Shown: one piece after another, positions 1 through 7,900 of the stretch
Numbering within the stretch: position 1 is the first letter of the stretch
Layout: the number at the start of each line of letters is the position of its first letter
NCBI GenBank assembly: GCA_050014195.1
Contig: JBEKDT010000011.1
Coordinates: forward strand, 115,469 to 179,468
From: Desulfomonilia bacterium
Lineage (GTDB): Bacteria; Desulfobacterota; Desulfomonilia; UBA1062
Reading direction: 5' to 3'
Length of the DNA: 64,000 bases
Notes under the pieces: generated by a model
What the model was told of the DNA's origin: nothing
What the model saw: only the letters and a program-made list of their open reading frames with translations
The model's database searches: none
Program-made: the position numbers and the translations under genes

Positions 1-811
1 GGCTTCCGTACTTGTCCATGCCGAACTTGGCTATGATTTCCTGGACCTCTTTGCCGACCATGAATTCATCGAAGGCCCTGGCGGCATGTATGTTAACCTT
101 TGGCCACTTGGCAGGATTCACCACTATGACGTGGTAGATGTTCAACAAGACCTTATCTCCCTCCACAAGGATGTCCAGGCCGAGGTTCTTCTTGAGTGAC
201 AGGTAGGTCCCTCGGTCAGTCAAGGTATAGGTCTTCTTCTCAGCCGACACGCTCAGGGTCTGGCCCATGCCGAGCCCGGTCTGCTGGTAGAACTTCTGTC
301 CCTCGGGGTTGATCATGGCAGCCTTCCAGATATCCTTCTCCTTGGCATTCGTGCCCGAGTTATCGCCCCGGGACATGAATACGGCACCCTTGGCCGCTAT
401 TTGCTTGAAGGCCTCGGCAGCGGATTTCATGCCCTTGATCCCGGCCGGGTCGGACGGCGGGCCGACAATGACGAAGTCGTTGTGCATGACCAGCATACGG
501 TTAACGCCGTTGCCCTCTGCCATGAACTTCTTTTCAGCGGCAGGAGAGTGTACGAGCAGGACATCGGCCTCGCCCTTGGCGCCCATGGCCATGGCTTGGC
601 CGGACCCTACGGCAATGGTCTTGACAAAGAAGCCTGTCTTCTTCTCGAAGAGCGGTGTGAGGACATCCAGCAAACCCGTGTCCTGGGTGCTTGTAGTGGT
701 TGCCAGGATGAGGTTCTTCTGAACCGAGGCCGCCACTGCCGGGGTGCCCGCGAACACAGCAGCCAGACACAATGCCAAGATCCCTGCATACAAAAGATAA
801 CGCATCTTCAT
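1..811 (-). CDS. tupA: Tungstate ABC transporter substrate-binding protein (3' end runs off the window)
   Basis: Not in the ORF track; read manually. ATG at 811 after a GAGAGGAG RBS, signal peptide MKMRYLLYAGILALCLAAVFAGTPAVAA, then LILATTTSTQDTGLLDVL...IAVGSGQAMAMGAKGEADVLLVHSP...FMSRGDNSGTN, which are TupA signature segments. Confidence 0.92.
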   Translation of the reverse strand, partial: MKMRYLLYAGILALCLAAVFAGTPAVAASVQKNLILATTTSTQDTGLLDVLTPLFEKKTGFFVKTIAVGSGQAMAMGAKGEADVLLVHSPAAEKKFMAEGNGVNRMLVMHNDFVIVGPPSDPAGIKGMKSAAEAFKQIAAKGAVFMSRGDNSGTNAKEKDIWKAAMINPEGQKFYQQTGLGMGQTLSVSAEKKTYTLTDRGTYLSLKKNLGLDILVEGDKVLLNIYHVIVVNPAKWPKVNIHAARAFDEFMVGKEVQEIIAKFGMDKYGS

Positions 812-838
812 GATATACTCCTCTCACATGGATTGTCC

Positions 839-989
839 TTACTGATTCTTGTGCTTCTCTTTCCAAGCCCTGGATTCGGGGAAGAACAGCGGCATGCCGT
901 ATGTGCCCTTGCCGAAAGTCTCAATGATCTTCTGTCCCTTGTCCGGATCTACGAGCCAGCTCACAAAGGCCATGGCTTCGTTATTGTTA
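839..989 (-). pseudogene. Relic C-terminal fragment of a second tupA paralog
   Basis: NNNEAMAFVSWLVDPDKGQKIIETFGKGTYGMPLFFP aligns with the intact TupA C-terminus NIHAARAFDEFMVGKEVQEIIAKFGMDKYGS at the window start. It has no credible start of its own. Confidence 0.8.
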
Positions 990-1907
990 CCCAATCGGAT
1001 ACATAACCTTTCCCGTCTCACGGTCGTTGTATCCTTTCATTACCTTCAGCAGATTTCTAAACGGTTCCGACCTAATGAACTCGACAAATGCCTGGACATT
1101 TTTATCGAAAAATATCTCTTTCTTTACGACCATGTCGAATCGCTCTTCAAAGACAGGGAAGAATACGAGGCGCGATCCCACGGATACCGATTCAGATGCA
1201 ATGCCCACATCCGATTGGCCTGTTGTAACGGATCTCACCACGTCATAGTGTGTGAATACCTGAGTATCATATCCTGCAAGGTCTGTGGGCTCTATCCCTT
1301 CAGCCGTGATGAGATGCTCTACAAGAGCCCTGACACCCGAGCCTTCCTGTCGGTTGATAAAACGAAGCCCATGATCAACACACTCTTGAAAGGATTGTAT
1401 GGCAACATCTCTCGATACAAATCCCAGGGTCCTGTGAAAGAGGTTGATCACTACCAGATCATCGGGATCATGAAAATACTCACGTATACAGGGAAAGTTG
1501 AAGTCTTCTTGCACATGATCATAGAGATGGCTCACCGCAATAGTGCAGAAGCCGTCTTTCAGGAGCCTGATCCCTTCCCTGCTCCCAACGATCGAAGAGA
1601 ACATGAGGTATTCCGGATACATCTTGTGGAAATGTCCCTGGGCTATGGGGATGACCGGATCGTCTGAACCGCACACAAGAAGCACCTTCTTGTTGACGAG
1701 CGATTCCCAGAAGGATCCCCTGACCGCCTCCCGGGCCTTGCCCTTAATAAACTCTTCCAACTCGGACTTTGGGAAAAGCCACTTGCCCGTAACCTTGGTG
1801 CCGGGAAGCTTGCCATCCTTCACAAGGGCATAAAGCTTCTTTTCATTGATGTTGAGAAGATCTGATGCCTCTTTAACAGTTAATAAATCCTTTGTTTCGC
1901 AGCTCAT
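987..1907 (-). CDS. Excisionase-type HTH plus PBP-like (molybdate/tungstate-sensing) transcriptional regulator
   Basis: N-terminal LLTVKEASDLLNINEKKLYALVKDGKLPGTKVTGKWLF (HTH_17-like). The C-terminal PBP-like domain has GSDD, GSREG, SHLYD, FINRQEGSGVR and ERFDMV. It lies directly upstream of tupA. Start is 1907 or 1934. Confidence 0.85.
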   Translation of the reverse strand: MSCETKDLLTVKEASDLLNINEKKLYALVKDGKLPGTKVTGKWLFPKSELEEFIKGKAREAVRGSFWESLVNKKVLLVCGSDDPVIPIAQGHFHKMYPEYLMFSSIVGSREGIRLLKDGFCTIAVSHLYDHVQEDFNFPCIREYFHDPDDLVVINLFHRTLGFVSRDVAIQSFQECVDHGLRFINRQEGSGVRALVEHLITAEGIEPTDLAGYDTQVFTHYDVVRSVTTGQSDVGIASESVSVGSRLVFFPVFEERFDMVVKKEIFFDKNVQAFVEFIRSEPFRNLLKVMKGYNDRETGKVMYPIG

Positions 1908-1925
1908 TTTATATTCCTGGAAATG

Positions 1926-1944
1926 GATTACCATTGATTACCAT
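1926..1944. promoter_or_regulatory. Tandem direct repeat GATTACCAT x2 (10-bp period), possible autoregulatory operator
   Basis: GATTACCAT-T-GATTACCAT lies immediately upstream of the regulator start. Confidence 0.35.
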
Positions 1945-2175
1945 AAATCATACGAGTGATCCATGCCTCTGTCACGAACAGTTCATTCATCCGGCACAGA
2001 GAAACGATATATTCGAACAGGGGGTAATTATGAATGACCTTGACCCTGGAATGACGATCATCCTTGTATGAGTCGGATGCACAACACAATATGATTTCGG
2101 CCTGACCCGGTCCGACAAGGACAGCCCTTATCGGTACCGGGACAGGCCTGGCATGGGCAAGTACTGACTATATGG

Positions 2176-2763
2176 TTATGATTCCGAAGGAGTCTCTTTG
2201 GGCTCTGCCTTGGCTGCTTCAGGTTCAGCCTTGGGTTCTTTTGTCTTGGGCTTCTTCTCGGCCTTGGGTTCCTTCTCGGCCTTTGGCTCTTTCTCAGCCT
2301 TGGGTTCCTTCTCGGCCTTTGGCTCTTTCTCGGCCTTGGGTTCCTTCTCGGCCTTTGGCTCTTTCTCGGCCTTGGGTTCCTTCTCGGCCTTGGGTTCCTT
2401 CTCGGCCTTTGGCGCCTTTTCGGCCTTGGGCTCTTTCGGTCCCTTTTCTGCCTTGGCCTTCTTTTCCTTCTTCGGGGCCTGGGCCTCTGAGAGCTCTTTC
2501 TTTGTCTTTTCCTTTATTACCGGGGCCGCCTTTTTTTCCTCTTTAATCGTGGCCATTTCCTTGATCTTTTCATCTTTGGCGATGATCGCCCTGATCCTGG
2601 ATGCAGTTTCCTTGATCTTGGCCTTGATCTTGCGGACCACGGTGTCCTTATCGATCCGACTATCGCTTGTGCCATTGCCCTTCAGGACATCAAGGCGCTG
2701 TTTCAGCTTGAGCTCCCAGTGCGCCTTCTGATCTTCCCTAACTTTCATCAACTTGGACGCCAT
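2176..2763 (-). CDS. Lys/Glu-rich protein with helical N-terminus and AEKEPK-repeat tail
   Basis: ATG at 2763 after a GAAAGGAG RBS, beginning MASKLMKVREDQ. It carries 10 hexapeptide repeat units. Confidence 0.8.
   Translation of the reverse strand: MASKLMKVREDQKAHWELKLKQRLDVLKGNGTSDSRIDKDTVVRKIKAKIKETASRIRAIIAKDEKIKEMATIKEEKKAAPVIKEKTKKELSEAQAPKKEKKAKAEKGPKEPKAEKAPKAEKEPKAEKEPKAEKEPKAEKEPKAEKEPKAEKEPKAEKEPKAEKEPKAEKKPKTKEPKAEPEAAKAEPKETPSES
2245..2424. repeat. Coding 18-bp tandem repeat, 10 units
   Basis: Units CTTGGGTTCCTTCTCGGC and CTTTGGCTCTTTCTCGGC largely alternate. They encode 8x AEKEPK plus AEKKPK and AEKAPK. Confidence 0.95.
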
Positions 2764-2985
2764 TGCTACTCCTTTCACCTGATATCGTGTGCCGCCCCGG
2801 CTTAAAAAGCATACCCCCGCCAAGGTTGGCAAGGGTTTCCTGTGTAGCATAGATTGAATGCCATTTCTAGAGAGAAGAAGGTTGTGACGGTTGATAAAGT
2901 GATTGGAAAACTATTTTTCCTTGGACTGCACCTATATACCATCTTATCTGTGTCCCGCACCGCGAGCAGGAGTGCATCCATGGCA

Positions 2986-3696
2986 TCAACCCTGTTTTAT
3001 TTTTTGGGCTTTAGATCTCCTTGACTCTACTCTGCGATACATGGCAGGGATCAATGCAAAAAGGCCAAGCAATGCAAGGGAGACGAGAACCCGCATGCTC
3101 GCAACCTGGCTAATGCTCTCTATGGATGCCAAGCTTGCCCCGGCATTGGCATAGATAAAGCTCCCGGGCAGGATGCCTATCATGGTCCCTATGAGGTATG
3201 TCTTTATTGAAAGACCCGTAACCCCGCAGGCGAGATTCACAAGGAAGAAGGGAAAGAGCGGCACGAGTCTTAAGAACAATAGGTAGGATAGTCCGTTCTC
3301 ATTGAGTCCGTTATCGAGTGAAAGCATTCTTTGGCCGAATTGCTTCAAAACCCAGTCCCTTAACAATGTGCGGGCCAGAAGAAAGGCCAGCAAGGCACCT
3401 GTGGTTGCTCCGATATTGACCCAGATGGTCCCCATTACGGCACCGAATATGGCGCCTCCCGCCAGGGTCAGGATAGCGGCCCCGGGAAGGGATAGTGCGG
3501 TCTGTGTGGTATATATGAGGATGAACCCTATGATAAAGGGCGTTCTGTGGGTCTGATAGGTAAGCATCAGGGTCTGTCTGTTTTCCTTGAGGCTTTTGAG
3601 GGTCAGAAAACGCTGGAGATCAAATGAGTAAAAGATCGCAATGGCCCCTATCAATATAAGGGATATCAGAATCTTTTTCTTCATGTCCATTACCAT
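2986..3696 (-). CDS. TVP38/TMEM64 (DedA/SNARE-associated) membrane protein
   Basis: LSLPGAAILTLAGGAIFG and LFLRLVPLFPFFLVNLACG motifs. Start is uncertain (3684-3720). Confidence 0.9.
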   Translation of the reverse strand: MVMDMKKKILISLILIGAIAIFYSFDLQRFLTLKSLKENRQTLMLTYQTHRTPFIIGFILIYTTQTALSLPGAAILTLAGGAIFGAVMGTIWVNIGATTGALLAFLLARTLLRDWVLKQFGQRMLSLDNGLNENGLSYLLFLRLVPLFPFFLVNLACGVTGLSIKTYLIGTMIGILPGSFIYANAGASLASIESISQVASMRVLVSLALLGLFALIPAMYRRVESRRSKAQKIKQG

Positions 3697-3870
3697 AGGC
3701 TCGCCAGGGCTTCTAAACAAGCTTAAGCTTTCTTATCATCAACTCCATGCCTCGGGAAAAATAAAAGAACTCTACTTGAATTCATTATTTCCGGACTTAG
3801 TATATTCAATGACCATGACGTCTCACTTGTTGGATCGTTGGTCATCGAATAATGCAAAGGGGGAATACGC

Positions 3871-4482
3871 ATGAAGGCGCTGGTTTTATTCTATTCCATG
3901 TACGGACATATCTACCAGATGGCGCAGGCCGCTGTGAAAGGCGCACAAGAGGTGGCAGGGGCGGTGGTGGACTTGAAACAGGTGCCGGAGACTCTGAGCG
4001 ATGAGGTGCTTGGAAAGATGGGTGCCCTGGAGGCCCGCAAGGCATTTGCCCATATCCCGGTCTGCACGGTCGGCGAGCTCGCCTCCTATGATGCCATCAT
4101 CTTCGGAGCCCCGACGAGATACGGCAATATGTGCGGCCAGATGAGGCAGTTCCTCGATGCAACAGGCCAGCTCTGGTCAAAGAACGCACTGGTGGGAAAG
4201 GTAGGAAGCGTATTCACGAGCTCGGCTACCCAACATGGCGGCCAGGAATCGACTATCCTGAGTTTTCACACAACCCTGCTCCACCTCGGGATGATTATCG
4301 TGGGACTGCCATATAGCTTTGATCTGCAAATGGATATCCATGAGATCACCGGGTGTTCACCCTACGGTGCATCAACTATTGCAGGCGGTGACGGCAGCAG
4401 AATGCCGAGCACGCACGAGCTCACCGGGGCACGCTACCAGGGGAAGCATGTAGCAACGATTGCTGCAAAGCTCTTCGGATAA
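3871..4482 (+). CDS. wrbA: NAD(P)H:quinone oxidoreductase WrbA
   Basis: [31 protein letters not shown] and SPYGAST motifs. Confidence 0.95.
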   Translation: MKALVLFYSMYGHIYQMAQAAVKGAQEVAGAVVDLKQVPETLSDEVLGKMGALEARKAFAHIPVCTVGELASYDAIIFGAPTRYGNMCGQMRQFLDATGQLWSKNALVGKVGSVFTSSATQHGGQESTILSFHTTLLHLGMIIVGLPYSFDLQMDIHEITGCSPYGASTIAGGDGSRMPSTHELTGARYQGKHVATIAAKLFG

Positions 4483-4695
4483 TCATATCAACCCATACCG
4501 CCCCCTTTTTCATAAGGGGGCTCTCACTCTCCTGGTGCATACAAACAACCATTGTACTGAATCGATAGAGAAGAGTACGGAACGTGCCCCCTCTTTATTG
4601 GGAGATCTTGGCAGAAGATCATCAGTTTCTCAGAACTTGTGGAACCAATCATTTATCGCAGGAATCAACACTCTTGAGTTTACTTAGGATGAAAT

Positions 4696-4727
4696 AAAAA
4701 GCAGGGCCTGAGATTGACCCTGCTTTT
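4696..4727. terminator. Intrinsic terminator, probably bidirectional, at the end of the PEP-CTERM gene
   Basis: AAAAAGCAGGG-loop-CCCTGCTTTT hairpin with A/T tails on both sides. Confidence 0.7.
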
Positions 4728-4747
4728 ATCATTTTAAAAATGAAAAG

Positions 4748-5416
4748 TTATCCTTTCAGCTTCTTTCTGAGCCCTGCCAGCCCAACCAAGCCAGAGCTAA
4801 GAAGCAGCATGGTGGCGGGTTCAGGGACTGGCGAATTCGCATTGGCATTGATCGTGAGATTGTTGTCGGGGTTAAAGTTACTGAAGCCAAAAAGGTAGAG
4901 ATCATCGCCAGTGTTTGGCTGAGGGAATGATCCACCCAACACAACCGAGTTGCCCTCATTGGCCTGTAACCATGACAGTCCTGCGTTATTGAGCGAAATC
5001 GCGAGCCACGAATTGGCGTCGCCCGTTCCGACTGAGATCGAACCGATCGCTGGTCCTGAAGTGAGAGCGTTGTACATTGCAACATTGCCCGTGTTATCAT
5101 TTTCAACCGACGTGTTCAAAGACGTTCCGTAGATGGTGTAAGTGCCGGGTACCGATATGCCATACGAGTACACGTTAAACGTAGCAGCCGACACGGGTCC
5201 GGAAAATCCACTCAGGCCGAACACAAAGAAGTCATTTAACTGTGGGCCAAAATGGCTCCCCGAGTAATAGTTTTCATTACTGTAGGAATGGTTGCCGCTG
5301 TCGTCATACCAGCCTGAATAGCTGTTGTTGATCACGACAGAGGCATTCGCCTGTCCGGCCCATCCAATACAAATGATTGTGCAAAAAATGACTGTGCTTA
5401 AGAATATCTTCTTCAT
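4748..5416 (-). CDS. PEP-CTERM exosortase-sorted surface protein
   Basis: GGAGGTG RBS, signal peptide MKKIFLSTVIFC...ANA, Asn/Ser/Gly-rich body and C-terminal VPEPATMLLLSSGLVGLAGLRKKLKG. Confidence 0.95.
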   Translation of the reverse strand: MKKIFLSTVIFCTIICIGWAGQANASVVINNSYSGWYDDSGNHSYSNENYYSGSHFGPQLNDFFVFGLSGFSGPVSAATFNVYSYGISVPGTYTIYGTSLNTSVENDNTGNVAMYNALTSGPAIGSISVGTGDANSWLAISLNNAGLSWLQANEGNSVVLGGSFPQPNTGDDLYLFGFSNFNPDNNLTINANANSPVPEPATMLLLSSGLVGLAGLRKKLKG

Positions 5417-5469
5417 ACTCACCTCCTCTATAATTATTTTTCTTAAAAAACCAAGACGTTTTAAAATAA

Positions 5470-5486
5470 AGCAACTTTCATTCCAA
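5470..5486 (-). promoter_or_regulatory. Sigma-54 (-24/-12) promoter of the PEP-CTERM gene
   Basis: The minus strand reads TTGGAATGAAAGTTGCT, an exact GG-N10-GC spacing, 54 bp upstream of the ATG. Confidence 0.75.
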
Positions 5487-5547
5487 ATATACAAGTAATA
5501 TAATTTATTGATGATTAAGTTTCATCATTTTAAAGAGAAACCAAAAG

Positions 5548-5564
5548 TGTAAGAGTTTCCGACA
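5548..5564. promoter_or_regulatory. 17-bp enhancer box 1 (PEP-CTERM-box-like)
   Basis: TGTAAGAGTTTCCGACA lies about 62 bp upstream of the -24 element and is repeated at 5662. Confidence 0.7.
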
Positions 5565-5661
5565 TAACTCTAAAACAATCTCGTTTATTCATCGAAGGAT
5601 CGAAACAAATTTAAAAAGCAATTTCAGTGAGTTGTGAAATAGAAACAAGCAAAATGAAATA

Positions 5662-5678
5662 TGTAAAGAAAACCGACA
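5662..5678. promoter_or_regulatory. 17-bp enhancer box 2 (PEP-CTERM-box-like)
   Basis: TGTAAAGAAAACCGACA has the same TGTAA-N6-CCGACA pattern as box 1. Confidence 0.65.
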
Positions 5679-6053
5679 ATTTTCAATGACTTGACAATAT
5701 CTGAAATTATGGCTTGGAACCGTAATAATTTGTGACAAATAAAATATTTTTGTTATTACCGCTGAAATCCTGCATCTCCGCCGATATTGACAATTTGTGA
5801 ACTACAGGTAGTTATACTATTTTATCACAAGTACGCTTAACCTGGAAGAACTATATTTAAAGCCAATGAACTGATGATCACGTGCCAAAATCGTCGCTTT
5901 GGCCATATTGATGATTTCTGCAATAAATCATCAGTTGGAAAAAGTATACCTGTGGTGTCCTTGGGCTTAAACAGATAGATAGTGTTCTTTCCGGACTGAA
6001 CCGGTCCGGTTATGATGGATGAGCAGACATTATCAGATTTGTTGACAATTGAA

Positions 6054-7055
6054 TTATCCCCTGAGCCTCTTCTTGAGCTCTTTGACGAGTGCGAGACAGA
6101 CCTGGTTCGCGTCCGCCGTGATGGCCACATCCGCCATCTTCATCATGGCGGCATTGGGATTCTTGTTGACTGCAATGATGAACCCGGCATCGATGATGCC
6201 TGCAGTATGCTGGATTGCACCGCTAATACCGAAGGAAAAAAGGACTTTGGGCCTGATATGCTTGTCGGCCTGGCCCACAAGCGCTTCATCGTCCGCCCAC
6301 TTGGAATAAACAACAGGCCTGGTGGCCCCCACCTCGCCGCCCAGGAGCCGTGCAAGCTCATAGAGGTTTCTGAATTTGTTCTTCCCGGCCATGCCTCTGC
6401 CGCCGCAGACCACCACTGCTGCATCCTCGAGCTTCTGGATGGTGGGAGGCTTGCGCTCTGAGCTGATGAGGCGGACACGGTCCCTGGGAAGGTCGTCGGG
6501 AAGCGGGATCATGACAACCTCCCCTGTCGCTTGGTAATTATGGGGGATCTCCTGGAAGATACCGGGTCTCACGGTTGCCATCTGGGGCCGTTTCTCGGGT
6601 GTGATTATCCTGGCGAGAAGATTCCCGCCAAAGGCAGGTGCCGTCTGTACAAGCAGCCCATCCTTGTTGATATCCAAGCCCACACAATCGGCGGTCAGCC
6701 CTGTACCAAGACGCTTTGCAACCCTGGGTGCGAACTCCCTGCCGAACGTCGTGGCCCCCACCAGGATGATCTCCGGAGTGTATTCCCTGGCCAGACGCTC
6801 CATAAGCGTGACATAGAGATCTGTGGAATAGTCCTTCAGGGACTCGTCTTCCACCACATAAATCTTCTTTGCGCCATGGGCGATGTATTCTCCCACCCAT
6901 TCGTCAACCTGATGGCCGAATACGGTTGCGCACACGGATGCGTGTAATTGGGCGGCAAGGTCGGTGGCCCTTGAAAGGAGCTGCAGGGTAACCCGGTTCT
7001 GGAAATAATTACGGTAGTCTCCGAATACCCAGATCTCCGGTACACGCTCTTCCAT
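6054..7055 (-). CDS. etfA: Electron transfer flavoprotein alpha subunit
   Basis: GLTADC, PAFGGN, PQMATVRPG, VVCGGRG and GISGAIQH motifs. Confidence 0.95.
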   Translation of the reverse strand: MEERVPEIWVFGDYRNYFQNRVTLQLLSRATDLAAQLHASVCATVFGHQVDEWVGEYIAHGAKKIYVVEDESLKDYSTDLYVTLMERLAREYTPEIILVGATTFGREFAPRVAKRLGTGLTADCVGLDINKDGLLVQTAPAFGGNLLARIITPEKRPQMATVRPGIFQEIPHNYQATGEVVMIPLPDDLPRDRVRLISSERKPPTIQKLEDAAVVVCGGRGMAGKNKFRNLYELARLLGGEVGATRPVVYSKWADDEALVGQADKHIRPKVLFSFGISGAIQHTAGIIDAGFIIAVNKNPNAAMMKMADVAITADANQVCLALVKELKKRLRG

Positions 7056-7062
7056 GGTATGC

Positions 7063-7893
7063 TTAGCCTTCCCTCTTCAAATCTTTCTTGATGACACCAC
7101 CTATCCTGGATTCAAAGCGATCGAAGAGCTCCTCAACAATCTTCTTCGGAGCCCCTTTTAACACGATGTTTTCCTTTTCTGCCCTGGGGGCATATACATC
7201 AATGATCCTGGTGGGAGAACCATTGATGCCTATGGAGGCCGGATCCAGAGCCAGGTCGGATGCGCTCACCGTGAGGATGTTGTGATCTTCGAAGGCGTCC
7301 TGCAAACCGGAAAGTGTCACGTATCGCGGCTGGAAATGCTGGGTGTTCACCGTTACCAGACAGGGCAGGTCAGCCTCCAGGGTCTCAAGAAAGTTGTCGG
7401 ATAACCGTTTGATCCGTATGGTATTGTCCTTCAGGTCCATGCTGTCGACGTATGTCAGCACGGGGATATCCAACTCTTCAGCCAGCTGGGGCCCTACCTG
7501 GGCTGTCTCGCTGTCCGTCGTATGGCATCCGGTCAGGATAAGGTCGAAATCAGGGCTGAAAATCTCAATTGCTTTTGCCAGGGTATAGGATGTGACAAGG
7601 GTATCCGCTCCTGCCATGGCCGGGTCCGAAAGCATGAGGCAACGGTCTGCGCCCATGGCAATGGCCTCTCTCAGGATCTCTTCAGCCATGGGCGGCCCCA
7701 TGGTGATGGCGGCGACATTCCCGCCATAGCGGCTTTTCAAGGTAAGTGCGGCTTCAAGGGCGTGTTTGCATGCGGGGTTCATCATGCCGTCGGCAAGTTC
7801 CCGCTTTAACGTTCCGGTCTTCGCATCCCAGGGCAGCTCGCTCGCCATGGGAACCTGCTTGATGCATACGATCATCCTAATCATGGTGTGCAT
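7063..7893 (-). CDS. etfB: Electron transfer flavoprotein beta subunit
   Basis: IVCIKQVP, TMGPP, AGADTLVTS and DSETAQVGPQLAE motifs. Confidence 0.95.
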   Translation of the reverse strand: MHTMIRMIVCIKQVPMASELPWDAKTGTLKRELADGMMNPACKHALEAALTLKSRYGGNVAAITMGPPMAEEILREAIAMGADRCLMLSDPAMAGADTLVTSYTLAKAIEIFSPDFDLILTGCHTTDSETAQVGPQLAEELDIPVLTYVDSMDLKDNTIRIKRLSDNFLETLEADLPCLVTVNTQHFQPRYVTLSGLQDAFEDHNILTVSASDLALDPASIGINGSPTRIIDVYAPRAEKENIVLKGAPKKIVEELFDRFESRIGGVIKKDLKREG

Positions 7894-7900
7894 CCTTGTT

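Noticed and set aside
1950-2170. Possible Moco/Wco riboswitch upstream of the tungstate locus, and a 13-codon mini-ORF at about 2030-2071
   Set aside because: I could not match the riboswitch consensus, and the mini-ORF is too short to support.
2245-2424. Short regular repeats resembling a CRISPR array
   Set aside because: The units are contiguous with no unique spacers and are in-frame coding repeats; no cas genes are present.
5869-5880. CTGATGA, the core of hammerhead ribozymes and fluoride riboswitches
   Set aside because: The required GAAA and stem arrangement, or the upstream GGCGATGG element, is absent.
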